From an uncultured delta proteobacterium (GTDB lineage Bacteria; Desulfobacterota; Binatia; Binatales; Binataceae): a DNA stretch of 64,000 bases. The position numbers were made by a program, and so were the translations under genes. The notes beneath the pieces were generated by a model. It had not been told where the DNA came from. It made no database searches and saw nothing but the letters and a program-made list of their open reading frames with translations. Location of the stretch: positions 288,001 to 352,000 of the forward strand of contig CAVXXK010000003.1 of NCBI GenBank assembly GCA_963765675.1, read 5' to 3'. This document shows positions 1 through 10,227 of the stretch, piece by piece (within the stretch, counting starts at the first letter, position 1; every line of letters begins with the position of its first letter).

Positions 1-1
1 G

Positions 2-307
2 GATCGCGCGGCCAGCCGCCGCATCGAGGAGAACGATAGCCTCCGTGCGATTTTCCGCGATGCGGCCAAAGTCACAAACAGCTCGGCGCTCAATGCTCGG
101 CTGACCAAACTGGGCGCGACCCGCGATGGCGACTTCCGAATCTCCGCGCTGGAGAGCAATAACTGCATGCTGCGCGCCGCACTGATCGAATTGCACGCGC
201 AGATCGAAACCGAGTCCGGGCCGGAGGCTCGCAGAATCGAGGACATTATCTGGAAAGAGCTCGTGTGTTCGACCGAGCGGCGGCGCTTCTCGAGCGCCCA
301 GTTCTAA
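2..307 (+). CDS. Hypothetical protein, C-terminal part (truncated by window start)
   Basis: Open frame from nt 2 (DRAASRRIEENDSLRAIF...IWKELVCSTERRRFSSAQF) ending TAA at 305-307; host-like codon usage. Confidence 0.7.
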   Translation, partial: DRAASRRIEENDSLRAIFRDAAKVTNSSALNARLTKLGATRDGDFRISALESNNCMLRAALIELHAQIETESGPEARRIEDIIWKELVCSTERRRFSSAQF

Positions 308-348
308 GCTCGCGCGTCCACCTGCCGATCCGGCAAAAGACCGTCCGC

Positions 349-378
349 TTGACGCCAAAATCTAATTAGAGTTAGAAT
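349..378 (+). promoter_or_regulatory. Sigma70-like promoter with overlapping inverted repeat (candidate TetR operator)
   Basis: TTGACG (349-354) - 18 nt - TAGAAT (373-378); TCTAA-N6-TTAGA palindrome at 361-376 in an AT-rich patch. Confidence 0.55.
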
Positions 379-409
379 TACAGCTATCTCCCAAGAACAT
401 CGAGGCCGA

Positions 410-1564
410 ATGCGCCCAGAACGTCAGCGAGCACTTCTCGAACAGTACCTTGGATTCAGGGACGGCGAGTGGACCGACGTCGCGAAGGCGAGCATGCGCA
501 ACCCCGCCGGCGCCTACGTCGATCCCGAGCGTTTCCAGCGCGAAATGACCGTGCTGTTTCGTGAGCGCCCGGTTCCGGTGGGACTGAGCTGCGAGTGCAA
601 AGAGCCAGGGTCGTATCTGACTGCCCGCCTCGGCGGCATGCCGATCGCGGTCGTGCGGCAGCCCGACGGCAGCTTGCGCGCGTTTCTCAACGCATGCCGT
701 CATCGCGGCGCTCCGGTTCTGTCCGGCAGCGGCGTGGGACTGCGTGCGATGGTTTGTCCCTACCATGCATGGAGCTACAAGCTCGACGGAAGTTCGCTCG
801 GACGTCCGCAGGAATGGGGCTTCGACGACATTGCGCAGGCCGATTGCAACTTGCGGCAAATCGCCGTCGCCGAAAAGTATGGACTCATCTACGTCCGTCC
901 GCTTGGCGACGCATCAATTTCTATCGACGATCTGCTCGAAGGGATGCAGACCGAGATCGCGGAATATGATCTCGCAAAGTATAGTCACTTCGAAACCCGG
1001 ACCAGGGAATGGAACTTCAACTGGAAACTGGTAATCGATACTTTTACGGAGAACTACCACATTCCCGCGCTGCATCGCCGGAGCATCGCGCCGTACTATG
1101 ACGACCGGCACTCCATCTGGGACACATACGGACTTCATCAGCGGACGGTCAACTTCCGCAGAAGCATCGACAAAGAAATAGCGGAGAAGCCGCCGCAGGA
1201 AAGACTGATACTGCCGCATACCACGGTCGAATATTTCCTGCTCCCCAACGCAGTTCTGACGCATCAGCTCGATCACGTCGAGTTGTGGAGAGTCACTCCG
1301 CTCGCGGTCGATCGCTGCCTCGTTTCCACGAGTCTCTATGCACCCAATCCGCCCGCGACCGATTCCGCGACCCAGCATTGGAAAAAGAATCTCGACATGC
1401 TCCTGCAAGTCACCGAAACCGAAGATTTTCCGATGATGGCGAATATCTACGCAGGGCTGGCGTCGGGAGCGGTGAAGGAAGTGATCTATGGAAAGATCGA
1501 GCCGGCGCTGTCTTTCTATCATCAGTCGATTAATCAGTTGCTCGAGCAATCCCGGGACGAATGA
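410..1564 (+). CDS. Rieske non-heme iron aromatic ring-hydroxylating oxygenase, alpha subunit
   Basis: Rieske motif CRH...CPYH and mononuclear Fe motif ENYHIPALH; NWKL motif. Confidence 0.93.
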   Translation: MRPERQRALLEQYLGFRDGEWTDVAKASMRNPAGAYVDPERFQREMTVLFRERPVPVGLSCECKEPGSYLTARLGGMPIAVVRQPDGSLRAFLNACRHRGAPVLSGSGVGLRAMVCPYHAWSYKLDGSSLGRPQEWGFDDIAQADCNLRQIAVAEKYGLIYVRPLGDASISIDDLLEGMQTEIAEYDLAKYSHFETRTREWNFNWKLVIDTFTENYHIPALHRRSIAPYYDDRHSIWDTYGLHQRTVNFRRSIDKEIAEKPPQERLILPHTTVEYFLLPNAVLTHQLDHVELWRVTPLAVDRCLVSTSLYAPNPPATDSATQHWKKNLDMLLQVTETEDFPMMANIYAGLASGAVKEVIYGKIEPALSFYHQSINQLLEQSRDE

Positions 1565-1567
1565 GCG

Positions 1568-2359
1568 ATGGATCTGGGCCTGAAGGGCAAAGCGATAATT
1601 GTCACCGGCGGCGCTTCGCATATCGGGCAGGCAATCGTGTTCGCGTTCGCCAGTGAAGGTGCTCGGCTCGCGATCATCGACAAGGACGCCGCCCAGGCGG
1701 AGCGAACGGCTGCCGAGGCCACGAGGCGGGGAGCATCATTCGCGGCCGTCGTCAGTGCGGACTTGACTGATCACAGCACGGCCGACGAGGCATGCCAGCA
1801 TGCGATGCAACTGCTTGGCGGAGTAGATGTCCTGGCCGCCAACGTCGGAGCTAACTGGCCCAAGTTCTTTCTCGAGACTCCTCCGGATACGTGGGATCAT
1901 CTCCTGCATCTGAATCTCGGCGCCACGATGTCCTGTGTCAGAGCGGTCCTGCCGCGAATGATCGAGCAACAGCGCGGCTCGATCGTCGCCACTGCGTCGA
2001 CCGCGGCATTCGGCGAACCGCGCCAGAGCGTCTATGCAGCCGCAAAAGCGGGAGTCGTTGCCTTCATCAAAACAATCGCGCTCGAATACGGGCGCTACGG
2101 AATCCGCGCGAACCTGGTAGCTCCGGGACTCGTGCTTCCCGGCGAAACGGAAGAATTGGGCGCCGAATCGATCTGGCGCGATCGCGGCTCGATCATGAAC
2201 GACGCGCAGACTGAGTATGTCGTCAGAAATACGCCGCTGCGCCGGCTATCGAAGCCGGAAGATATCGCCAAGTCGGTTTTGTTTCTCGCTTCCGACGAAA
2301 CCGGACGCCAATTAACCGGACAGATGCTGACGGTTTCCGGCGGCTTCGCGATGCGTTGA
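1568..2359 (+). CDS. SDR family oxidoreductase
   Basis: TGGASHIG nucleotide-binding motif, YAAAK catalytic motif. Confidence 0.93.
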   Translation: MDLGLKGKAIIVTGGASHIGQAIVFAFASEGARLAIIDKDAAQAERTAAEATRRGASFAAVVSADLTDHSTADEACQHAMQLLGGVDVLAANVGANWPKFFLETPPDTWDHLLHLNLGATMSCVRAVLPRMIEQQRGSIVATASTAAFGEPRQSVYAAAKAGVVAFIKTIALEYGRYGIRANLVAPGLVLPGETEELGAESIWRDRGSIMNDAQTEYVVRNTPLRRLSKPEDIAKSVLFLASDETGRQLTGQMLTVSGGFAMR

Positions 2360-2414
2360 CGGCGCGTATCGAGGAACAGTCGAACACCGGGGCGAGCCTG
2401 GGAAGAGAATAAAT

Positions 2415-3086
2415 ATGCCGGCAAAGTCACTACGCGCATATGCGCCAGCGAAACGCGAGCGTTTGAGCTCACGGGGTGAACTGAAACGAAAACAGATTCT
2501 CGACGCCGCGGCAAAAGTGCTCGCTCGGCGCGGCTACGTAGCGACTCAATTGTCCGAGATTGCCGAAGAAGCCGGGACCCAGCCGGGCAGTCTGTACTAT
2601 CATTTCGAATCGCGCGAGGAATTGATCGAAGAAGTTCTTCACGAAGGCGTGCGTCTGTCATTCGCCCGCGCGCGTGCGGTGGTCGATGCGATGCCACCCG
2701 AAAGCACACCGCTCGATCGGCTGGCCGCAGCGCTGCGCGCTCATCTGAAGTTCCAGCTAGTGGAGAGCGACTACGCACGTGCGGTTTCGCGTTCGATCGG
2801 CCAACCTCCCGAAGACATGTGGGGAAGGGTCAACCGAAAATTTCGCGCATACGGGAAATTCTTCGACGGGTTGATCGCCGCCGCAATCGAAGCTCGGGAG
2901 ATCGATCCCGAAGTCGATCGCCATGCTCTGCGAATGCTGATCATCGGCGCCACCAACTGGGCCGCGGAATGGTATCGGCGCGACGGTTCGTCGAGTGTAG
3001 ACGAGATCGGCAACCTGCTCATCCGATTGCTGCGCCGCGGCGTTGGAACTATGTCTGAAACGAAGGACACTACCGGGGGCAATTGA
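2415..3086 (+). CDS. TetR/AcrR family transcriptional regulator (KstR2-like C-terminus)
   Basis: ILDAAAKVLARRGY...IAEEAG...SLYYHFESREEL HTH; NWAAEWY C-terminal motif. Confidence 0.92.
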   Translation: MPAKSLRAYAPAKRERLSSRGELKRKQILDAAAKVLARRGYVATQLSEIAEEAGTQPGSLYYHFESREELIEEVLHEGVRLSFARARAVVDAMPPESTPLDRLAAALRAHLKFQLVESDYARAVSRSIGQPPEDMWGRVNRKFRAYGKFFDGLIAAAIEAREIDPEVDRHALRMLIIGATNWAAEWYRRDGSSSVDEIGNLLIRLLRRGVGTMSETKDTTGGN

Positions 3087-3093
3087 GGTCATC

Positions 3094-4344
3094 ATGGAGC
3101 AAACCCACCCCGAAATCGACGAGAAGAATCGCTATCGCATCGAGACGCCCGGCCATAACGGATGGACCCGCAGCGCGAGGCCGGGAGATCCGGACAAGTA
3201 CCTGATGATCTCCGCGGACTGCCATGCCAACGAGCCCGGCAGTCTCTGGCGCGATCGTATCGATGCTAAATTTCGCGACCGCCTGCCGCACGTCGAAGTC
3301 GATGCGAACGGCGAAAAGTGGTTCATCGCCGAAGGCGTTGGCAAGTCGCGGGTGCGCGCACGCATGATCGGCGACGTCCCGCGCGAGGGCAGCGAGGATC
3401 GCTTGCGCGGCAGCGTGGGCGCGGATCCGAAACAGCGAATCCAGGATCAGGTTCGCGACGGTATCGACGCGGAGATCATCTTCCCCAACAAGGGCCTGAT
3501 GATGTTCGCGACCAAGGATGCCGCGTTCGGGATGGCGCAATGCCGGGTGTGGAACGATTTCGCATGGGAGATGTACGGCGGGTACAACGGCTTCATGTCG
3601 CCGGCGGCCGCGATCATGACCTCGGATGTCGCGCTCGCGATCGAGGAAATCAAGCGGGTCGCGAAAATCGGATTCCGGTTCCTGACGCTTCCGTGCAAGC
3701 CGATCTTCGGAGGACACGACTCGCGCGATCCAAATTATAATCTGACTATCTACGATCCGATGTGGGCGGCGATCGAGGACTGCGATCTTCCGATCACGTT
3801 CCACGTCTCGACCGGACGCGACCCGCGGGTGGCGCGCAAGGAAGGAGGCGCGGTGATCAATTACGTCTCCCATTCGCTCTCGCCCACTATCGAGCCGGTC
3901 GCGAGCCTATGCGGCTCAGGCGTAATCGAGCGATTCCCGAAAATCCAGTTTGCCGCGGTCGAAAGCGGCATCGGATGGGTGCCGTGGGCGCTCGATGCGA
4001 TGGATGAGGCGTATCGCAAGCATCATCTGTGGGCCTATCCAAAGCTCAAGCACTTGCCGAGCGAATATTTCCGCAGCAACGGCGCGGCAACATTCCAGGA
4101 AGATCGCGCCGGGCTCGAGCTCGCGGAGAAATGGAACCTGGTCGACAATTTCATGTGGGCCAATGACTATCCGCACGCCGAAGGGACCTGGCCTCATTCC
4201 GCCGAGGCGATCGAGCGCGAGATGGGAGATCTAAGCGACGGCGCGCGCGCGAAGATTCTCGGTCTCAATGCGGCGAAGATGTTCAAGTTCGATGTTGATA
4301 TGCTGCTCGAGCGGCGCGGCACGTCGGCATCTGCGCAGCACTAA
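3094..4344 (+). CDS. Amidohydrolase_2 family metallo-hydrolase/decarboxylase
   Basis: ISADCH, FHV, ESGIGW and NDYPHAEGTWP motifs; ATG at 3094 preceded by GAGG. Confidence 0.9.
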   Translation: MEQTHPEIDEKNRYRIETPGHNGWTRSARPGDPDKYLMISADCHANEPGSLWRDRIDAKFRDRLPHVEVDANGEKWFIAEGVGKSRVRARMIGDVPREGSEDRLRGSVGADPKQRIQDQVRDGIDAEIIFPNKGLMMFATKDAAFGMAQCRVWNDFAWEMYGGYNGFMSPAAAIMTSDVALAIEEIKRVAKIGFRFLTLPCKPIFGGHDSRDPNYNLTIYDPMWAAIEDCDLPITFHVSTGRDPRVARKEGGAVINYVSHSLSPTIEPVASLCGSGVIERFPKIQFAAVESGIGWVPWALDAMDEAYRKHHLWAYPKLKHLPSEYFRSNGAATFQEDRAGLELAEKWNLVDNFMWANDYPHAEGTWPHSAEAIEREMGDLSDGARAKILGLNAAKMFKFDVDMLLERRGTSASAQH

Positions 4345-4374
4345 CTCGATCCGGCGTCGCCGAACGGAGGTCAT

Positions 4375-5775
4375 ATGATCGAAATAGGCGTTTTCCACAA
4401 TGGTGCGTCCGACCTCCCTGTGATGCGGACGCAGTCGGGAGTCGCGATCAACGACGGCAATCTCGCCGAGGTCCACGAATCCAGCCAGCGCGGATTGATT
4501 GGGCAGGTGCGGCAGGGAATTCTGGCCGACCGGCTCGGTTTCAACTATTTTTTCATGACCGAGCATCACTTCCAGCCCGAAGGCGCGGAGTTCAGCCCGA
4601 ATCCGCTTCTCGCGGAAACCGCGATCGCGACCCGCACGCGGCAGATTCGGCTTGGCCAGGCTGCCAACATCGTCACGTGGTGGCATCCGATCCGAATCGC
4701 CGAGCAGGCCGCGATGCTCGACGTGATCAGCAATGGGCGACTCGAGTTCGGAATCGGACGCGGCTATCAACCTCGCGAGGCCGAGGTTTTTGGATGGCCG
4801 TTCGCGACGATCCAGGATCAGGAACGCAACCGCGCGTACTATCAGGAAGCCTACGAGATCATTATCAAAGCGTGGACGCAGCCGTCGTTCTCGCATCACG
4901 GGCAGTTCTTCACGATTCCGCCGGTGTTCACGCGATGGAACCATCAGCAGACGATTGCATACTTCGAGTCCGGCAAAGCCGGACGCAAGCTCGAAGAGGT
5001 GCTGAGCATCGGCGCACCCGATCCCTACGGCGGCGCAAATCCCGTAATGCAGAGCGCGACCGTACTCAAGGAGCTGCAGGTGTTTCCGCAGCCGCTTCAG
5101 CGGCCGCATCCACAGATGTGGGAGCCGCTCACTACCGAGCGCTCGATCAAATGGGCAGCGGAGCGCGGCCTCAACGGATACTTCATCGTCGAGCCCAACT
5201 CGCGCCTCAAGAAGAACGTCGAAATCTTTTATCGCGAAGCGGAAAAAGCAGGCTGGCCGGATCGGCTCGGGCGCGGCCGCCTGAAGTACGGATGGGACGC
5301 TGAAAAGCGCCGCGGAGTCCTCACCGGCCGCTACATACACCTCGTGCTGCCCGGACAGGATCGTGAACGCGAACTGAAACGCTATAAGGAAGCCCTCGAG
5401 GTGCAGTGGGACTACTACGGGCCGTTCGGTTTCGCCTCAGTGCTCGCGGACGCCGACGAGGAGAAACTCGATCCCGCCAAGAAGGTTCCGCCCGAGCTGC
5501 TGCTCAAGAAAGAAGTCGCACTGTTCGGCACTCCTGCCGAAGTGACCGCGCAGATCATGCGCGTCAAGGAAAGCTGCGGCTATGAAGATTTCGCGTTCAA
5601 CGCGTGGTTCGAGAAAGGCGGCTTCCGCAGCAACGAAATCGAAGATCAGATGCAGTATTTCGCCGAGGAGGTAAAGCCTCTGCTCGCGCGCGCCTGCGGC
5701 GGCCAAGTGCAAAATCCGGTACTTGGTTTGGACTTTGAAGAGAACGCGATCGGCGAAAATCACTCAAAACGCTGA
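4375..5775 (+). CDS. LLM class flavin-dependent oxidoreductase
   Basis: TEHHF, HPIRIAEQAAMLDVISNGRLEFGIGRGY, PQPLQRPHP motifs; GGAGG RBS. Confidence 0.92.
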   Translation: MIEIGVFHNGASDLPVMRTQSGVAINDGNLAEVHESSQRGLIGQVRQGILADRLGFNYFFMTEHHFQPEGAEFSPNPLLAETAIATRTRQIRLGQAANIVTWWHPIRIAEQAAMLDVISNGRLEFGIGRGYQPREAEVFGWPFATIQDQERNRAYYQEAYEIIIKAWTQPSFSHHGQFFTIPPVFTRWNHQQTIAYFESGKAGRKLEEVLSIGAPDPYGGANPVMQSATVLKELQVFPQPLQRPHPQMWEPLTTERSIKWAAERGLNGYFIVEPNSRLKKNVEIFYREAEKAGWPDRLGRGRLKYGWDAEKRRGVLTGRYIHLVLPGQDRERELKRYKEALEVQWDYYGPFGFASVLADADEEKLDPAKKVPPELLLKKEVALFGTPAEVTAQIMRVKESCGYEDFAFNAWFEKGGFRSNEIEDQMQYFAEEVKPLLARACGGQVQNPVLGLDFEENAIGENHSKR

Positions 5776-5853
5776 AACATATCCTGGAGGAATGAAAGAA
5801 GGCCGATGCCCGTGCGGAAATATCCGCTATGTGCTGCCAGCTAATCTGAGGAA

Positions 5854-6903
5854 CTACGCCGCGGCGGCGGGCGGCTTCAGTTGCGGCGCGACCTCGCGCG
5901 CGAATAACTCCATCGAGCTGCGGCTGCGCTCCGGCGCGAGTCCGGGCAGATGCATCCCTAAGACGACGTGCGTCGTCCTCACCTTTCCAAGCGACTTGTT
6001 GAGCTTCGACGCGACCTCGTCGGGACTGCCGACCAGCATCGGGAAACCGAGCGGCGAATCGCGAAGCTTCGACGGCTCCGGCAAAGGAGGCTGACCCGCG
6101 CCCAGATAATCATTCGCCTCGGCGAGCCATCGGTTGTACCAGCTAATCATGTAATGAAGATGATCCTGCGAATGCGCCCAAGCCTCATCGGTGGTATGCC
6201 CGATGTAAGCGAAGTGGAGTTGCGCGGCCGAGAAGTCTTTCGGATCTCGGCCCGCTTGCTTGAGCGCGGCGTCATAGGTCTCCTGCGCGGCTTGATTCGC
6301 GAGGCCCATGAAGTGGCATCCCATCCTTCCAGCGCGCTCGATTGCTTTCGGCGCGCCGGCGCCGATCCACAGCGGTGGATGCGGCGATTGCACAGGACGC
6401 GGCGTCAAGCGGACGTTCTTCACGTTGTAGTGCCGGCCCGCGAAAGAAAAATCTTCCTTCGTCCACGCACCCCGGATCACCTCGATCCCCTCTTCAAGGC
6501 GGCTGGCTCGGGTTTTCCGGTTGACGCCGTAGGCGGCGAATTCTCCGGGCGCATATCCCTGGCCGACGCCCAAATCGAAGCGGCCATTTGAAATGATATC
6601 GATCGTCGCCGCATCTTCGGCAACGCGCACGGCGTTGTGCAGCGGCAGCAGCACCAGGTAGGTCCCGATCCGAATCCGCTTGGTGATCGCGGCAATCGTC
6701 GACGCGATCGGCAGAATCGCAGGCGAGTACCCGTCCTCCGCAAAATGATGCTCGGTCAGCCAGATCTCGTCATACCCAAGGTCTTCAGCCAGTCGCGTCT
6801 GCGCGAGCTGGTCCGCGTAGAACTCCGCAAACGGCTTTCGCCACCTGGGCGGATTCCGAAACGGAAACAAAAGACCAACATTCAGATTCTTGCAAATACT
6901 CAC
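5854..6903 (-). CDS. LLM class flavin-dependent oxidoreductase
   Basis: WLTEHHF, AEDAATIDIISNGRFDLGVGQGY, PRPVQSPHPPLWIG motifs. Confidence 0.92.
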   Translation of the reverse strand: MSICKNLNVGLLFPFRNPPRWRKPFAEFYADQLAQTRLAEDLGYDEIWLTEHHFAEDGYSPAILPIASTIAAITKRIRIGTYLVLLPLHNAVRVAEDAATIDIISNGRFDLGVGQGYAPGEFAAYGVNRKTRASRLEEGIEVIRGAWTKEDFSFAGRHYNVKNVRLTPRPVQSPHPPLWIGAGAPKAIERAGRMGCHFMGLANQAAQETYDAALKQAGRDPKDFSAAQLHFAYIGHTTDEAWAHSQDHLHYMISWYNRWLAEANDYLGAGQPPLPEPSKLRDSPLGFPMLVGSPDEVASKLNKSLGKVRTTHVVLGMHLPGLAPERSRSSMELFAREVAPQLKPPAAAA

Positions 6904-7024
6904 GGCTGTTCTCCATCCGGAAATCCGTTGGCTGATCCGTGCACTGCAATTCGGATTTCAGTCTTCGGTTAAATAGCGGTGTATAAGAAACTTCGCAATC
7001 GGCGCATGTCAAATATAAGAGAAG

Positions 7025-7795
7025 TTAGCGCCGGGCGTCGGCTTGCCAACACGAAAGAGACCAGCCGCCACCTTCGGCGGCAATCGCGGCCACGTAGCCG
7101 GGAGCGACGGTCAGCTCCCGCAGAGACCAGCGAAGGGCTTCGGCGGAATCTGGCCGAGTGCTCAACAGCGCCGCAGGTTCTCCGGGAGTCAGCGACACAT
7201 CGAATTGATCCAAAGGCAACGACAGGCCTTCGCCTCTGGCCTTGATGTAGGCTTCCTTGCGAGTCCAGCAGAGGAAGAATGCTTCGCGGCGCAACTCTGC
7301 GGGAAGCGCGTGGAGCTCCGCTATCTCCCTGCGCGAGAAAAATCGCTCGGCTATCTGCTCTGCTTCCAAATCGCCGCGGACAAATTCGAGGTCGACGCCA
7401 ACCTCACGATTCCTCGCGACTGCATAAAGCGCCATCCCTTGAGAATGCGACATATTAAAGCGGATCATATCTCCACCGGATTCCGGGACAAGGGCGGGCT
7501 TTCCATGCTCGCTGTAGCAGAACGAAACGGACTCCGGCGGTCTATTCAAGTAACGACCGAGTAAAGCTCTAAGTACGCCGTGCGCAATGATAAAGTGCTC
7601 GCGATCGCGCTGAAAGTAAAAACGCTCTGCCCTCCTCTGCTCATCGATTGCCAGAGTATGCAGGTAATGATCGATTGATGCGGCAGGCTCGGTCAGGACG
7701 GCTCGCCAGACGTGTATTTCGTTGCTTTCTATACTCAATCCCGGCGGTGGACAGCCCCACGACGCGACAGATGGAGCGTTGGATATGGTCGTCAT
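7025..7795 (-). CDS. 4'-phosphopantetheinyl transferase, Sfp/HetI type
   Basis: GKP, FNMSHS, VGVDLE and WTRKEAYIKARGEG motifs; start chosen at MTTIS. Confidence 0.92.
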   Translation of the reverse strand: MTTISNAPSVASWGCPPPGLSIESNEIHVWRAVLTEPAASIDHYLHTLAIDEQRRAERFYFQRDREHFIIAHGVLRALLGRYLNRPPESVSFCYSEHGKPALVPESGGDMIRFNMSHSQGMALYAVARNREVGVDLEFVRGDLEAEQIAERFFSRREIAELHALPAELRREAFFLCWTRKEAYIKARGEGLSLPLDQFDVSLTPGEPAALLSTRPDSAEALRWSLRELTVAPGYVAAIAAEGGGWSLSCWQADARR

Positions 7796-8046
7796 CTGAC
7801 TTTTCTCAACGCGCTCATCGCATCTCGAATCTGCCAGCCTTCCGAAATCAATATTACTCACTCTCAGATCGCGCAGTCCACCAAACGCGGAATCAGGACG
7901 GTCCAGAGGCACCTCGATCGAGACTTTTAGACCGCGCATCGTGTCGTGTCGTCATCGTTCACCGTCCGGATTGCCTGCATGTTACGCGCGATAGCAGCGC
8001 TGGTTGTGTGCGCGTGCTAAGCTTTTCCCTGCGCGAGATTCTCATC

Positions 8047-9348
8047 ATGGAAACCAGCACTGAAAAACGAAATACCCTCGCGATTCTGGTGGGCGGAGGT
8101 CCCGCGCCCGGAATCAATGGCGTAATCGCCGCAGCGACGATCGAGGCGATCAACTGCGGCCTCAACGTTCTTGGGCTGCGCGACGGCTACAAGTGGCTTG
8201 CCGAGGGCAACACCTCGCACGCGGTGCCGCTGCGAATTTCCGACGTGAGCCGAATCCATTTTACCGGCGGATCGATTCTGCGCACCTCGCGCACCAATCC
8301 CGCCCGCGACGACGCGATGCTCGAGCGCACAGTCGGCGCGCTCACGACGCTCGGCGTTCGCTACCTGATTTGTATCGGAGGTGACGACACGACTTACGGC
8401 GCGGTCAAGATCGCCGAGCGCTCGCAGGGACGTATCGGCGTCGCCACGGTCCCCAAGACCATCGACAACGATCTGCCGTTGCCAGAAAACGCGCCGACAT
8501 TCGGCTTCGAGACTGCGCGTGCTGTCGGCACTACGATTATCGAGTCGCTGATGGAAGACGCGCGAACCACGCGTCGCTGGTATCTCGCGGTCACGATGGG
8601 CCGCAAGTCGGGCTCGCTCGCGCTAAGCATGTGCAAGTCGGCGGGCGCGACCCTGGCGGTTATCCCCGAAGAATTTCTCGGCGAGCATTTCGATCTCGCG
8701 ATCGTGGTCGATACTATCGTCGGTGCGATTATCAAGCGCCGCGCCGCCGGCCGCGACGACGGTGTCGCCGTGGTCGCGGAGGGAATCGCGGAGCGCGCTG
8801 ACTCCAGCGCGCTGCCGGGCGCGTCGGTAGCCGAGCAGGACGCCTACGGCCACACCCATCTGTCTGATCTGTCGTTCGGCACCGTACTGCGCGACCGCGT
8901 GCGCGCGGCGCTTGCGGAGCTGGGTTCCGACTTGACGGTGGTCGCCAAAGATATCGGATACGAGCTCCGATGCGCCAAGCCCGTTCCCTTCGACGCCGAC
9001 TACACGCGCACTCTCGGTTACGGCGCGGTGCGCTATCTCCTCGGCGGAGGCTCGGGCGCGCTCATCGCGATCGCCGGTGGCCACGTCACGCCGGTTAATT
9101 TTGCCGATCTTGCCGATCCCGCGACCGGCCGCGTGCGGGTGCGGCTGGTTGACGTCTCGACCGAGTCCTACCAGGTCGCGCGCTCATATATGATTCGGCT
9201 CGAACCCGACGATCTTCGGGAGCCCGCGCTCTCGCAGTTGGCCGCGCATACGAATCTCTCGGCGGCGGATTTCAAAGCCAGGTTCGCGCCAGCGGTCGCC
9301 GCGACGATCGGCGCCAGAACGCCGCGCACAGCGGGCGCGGACGAGTAG
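8047..9348 (+). CDS. pfp: Pyrophosphate-dependent 6-phosphofructokinase
   Basis: GGGPAPGIN, GGDD (Asp = PPi type), PKTIDND, MGR and GYELRC motifs. Confidence 0.9.
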   Translation: METSTEKRNTLAILVGGGPAPGINGVIAAATIEAINCGLNVLGLRDGYKWLAEGNTSHAVPLRISDVSRIHFTGGSILRTSRTNPARDDAMLERTVGALTTLGVRYLICIGGDDTTYGAVKIAERSQGRIGVATVPKTIDNDLPLPENAPTFGFETARAVGTTIIESLMEDARTTRRWYLAVTMGRKSGSLALSMCKSAGATLAVIPEEFLGEHFDLAIVVDTIVGAIIKRRAAGRDDGVAVVAEGIAERADSSALPGASVAEQDAYGHTHLSDLSFGTVLRDRVRAALAELGSDLTVVAKDIGYELRCAKPVPFDADYTRTLGYGAVRYLLGGGSGALIAIAGGHVTPVNFADLADPATGRVRVRLVDVSTESYQVARSYMIRLEPDDLREPALSQLAAHTNLSAADFKARFAPAVAATIGARTPRTAGADE

Positions 9349-9357
9349 CTTCCGTGC

Positions 9358-10227
9358 TCAGATGTGCTCGACGAATTCGATAATCGCGTCGGCGGTGTCG
9401 CGCGGATTGTCCAGCGGCACGTGATGGAACGCGCGCGGGATTTCCTTGTAAACCGATCCCCGAATCTTGCGATGCATCCGTAGCGACGGCCGCGCGCCCA
9501 TCAGCGTGCTCTGCGCGCCGCGCAGAATCAGCACGGGCATCGCAAGGCTCTTTATTCGAGGCTTGCGCGTGTGCCCTTCGACCTTGCGCCATGCGCGCGT
9601 GCGCGGGTCCAGCCGAAATGCCCAGTTGCCATTCTCGAGCTGCAACGATCCCATCCGCGCCAGCCGCTCGAGGTCGTCCTTCGTCAAATAGGTATCGGGC
9701 GGCGAAAGCCGGAACTTGCGCTTGATATCCTCGAACGACTTGAGCTCCGGACGCGGTCCGCCGCGCGCCCGCCGCCGCCATCGCCACATCAACCGCCGCA
9801 TGAGCGGAGGCGGTCCATTAGGCGAGTCGATCAGAATCAGGGCCTCGAGGATTTCCGGATGCAGCGTCGCGACCCATTGCGCCACCGCCCCGCCCATCGA
9901 ATGCCCCACCAGGATTACCGGCTCGCCGAGATGATCGATCATCCCCTTGACGTCGCGCGTGTACCATTGTGGCCCGTAGTGCGGCGGCTCCGCCCATCCG
10001 CTGCGGCCGTGTCCGCGAAAATCGAGCGCGAGCACTCGGCCATACGGCACCAGCAACGGCGCGACGCTATCCCACCAATGAACGTGCGCGGCGCCGCCGT
10101 GCAGCAGGAGAAATGTATGTTTGTTCTGATCGCCGCCCCAGTCCAGGTAATGAAGCTTGATGCCTTCGACTTCAACGAACCGGCTGGTCGGCTCCGGCGC
10201 TGCGGTAGCCGCTTGCTGTTGTGCCAT
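9358..10227 (-). CDS. Alpha/beta fold hydrolase
   Basis: LLHGG, DFRGHG, GHSMGG nucleophile elbow, C-terminal His (HHV). Confidence 0.9.
   Translation of the reverse strand: MAQQQAATAAPEPTSRFVEVEGIKLHYLDWGGDQNKHTFLLLHGGAAHVHWWDSVAPLLVPYGRVLALDFRGHGRSGWAEPPHYGPQWYTRDVKGMIDHLGEPVILVGHSMGGAVAQWVATLHPEILEALILIDSPNGPPPLMRRLMWRWRRRARGGPRPELKSFEDIKRKFRLSPPDTYLTKDDLERLARMGSLQLENGNWAFRLDPRTRAWRKVEGHTRKPRIKSLAMPVLILRGAQSTLMGARPSLRMHRKIRGSVYKEIPRAFHHVPLDNPRDTADAIIEFVEHI

Noticed and set aside
7648-8046. Long N-terminal extensions in the ORF track (pfp; also phosphotransferase, DUF3887 hydrolase, tonB, tadG)
   Set aside because: Extensions overlap other genes or repeats; downstream starts fit the family N-termini better
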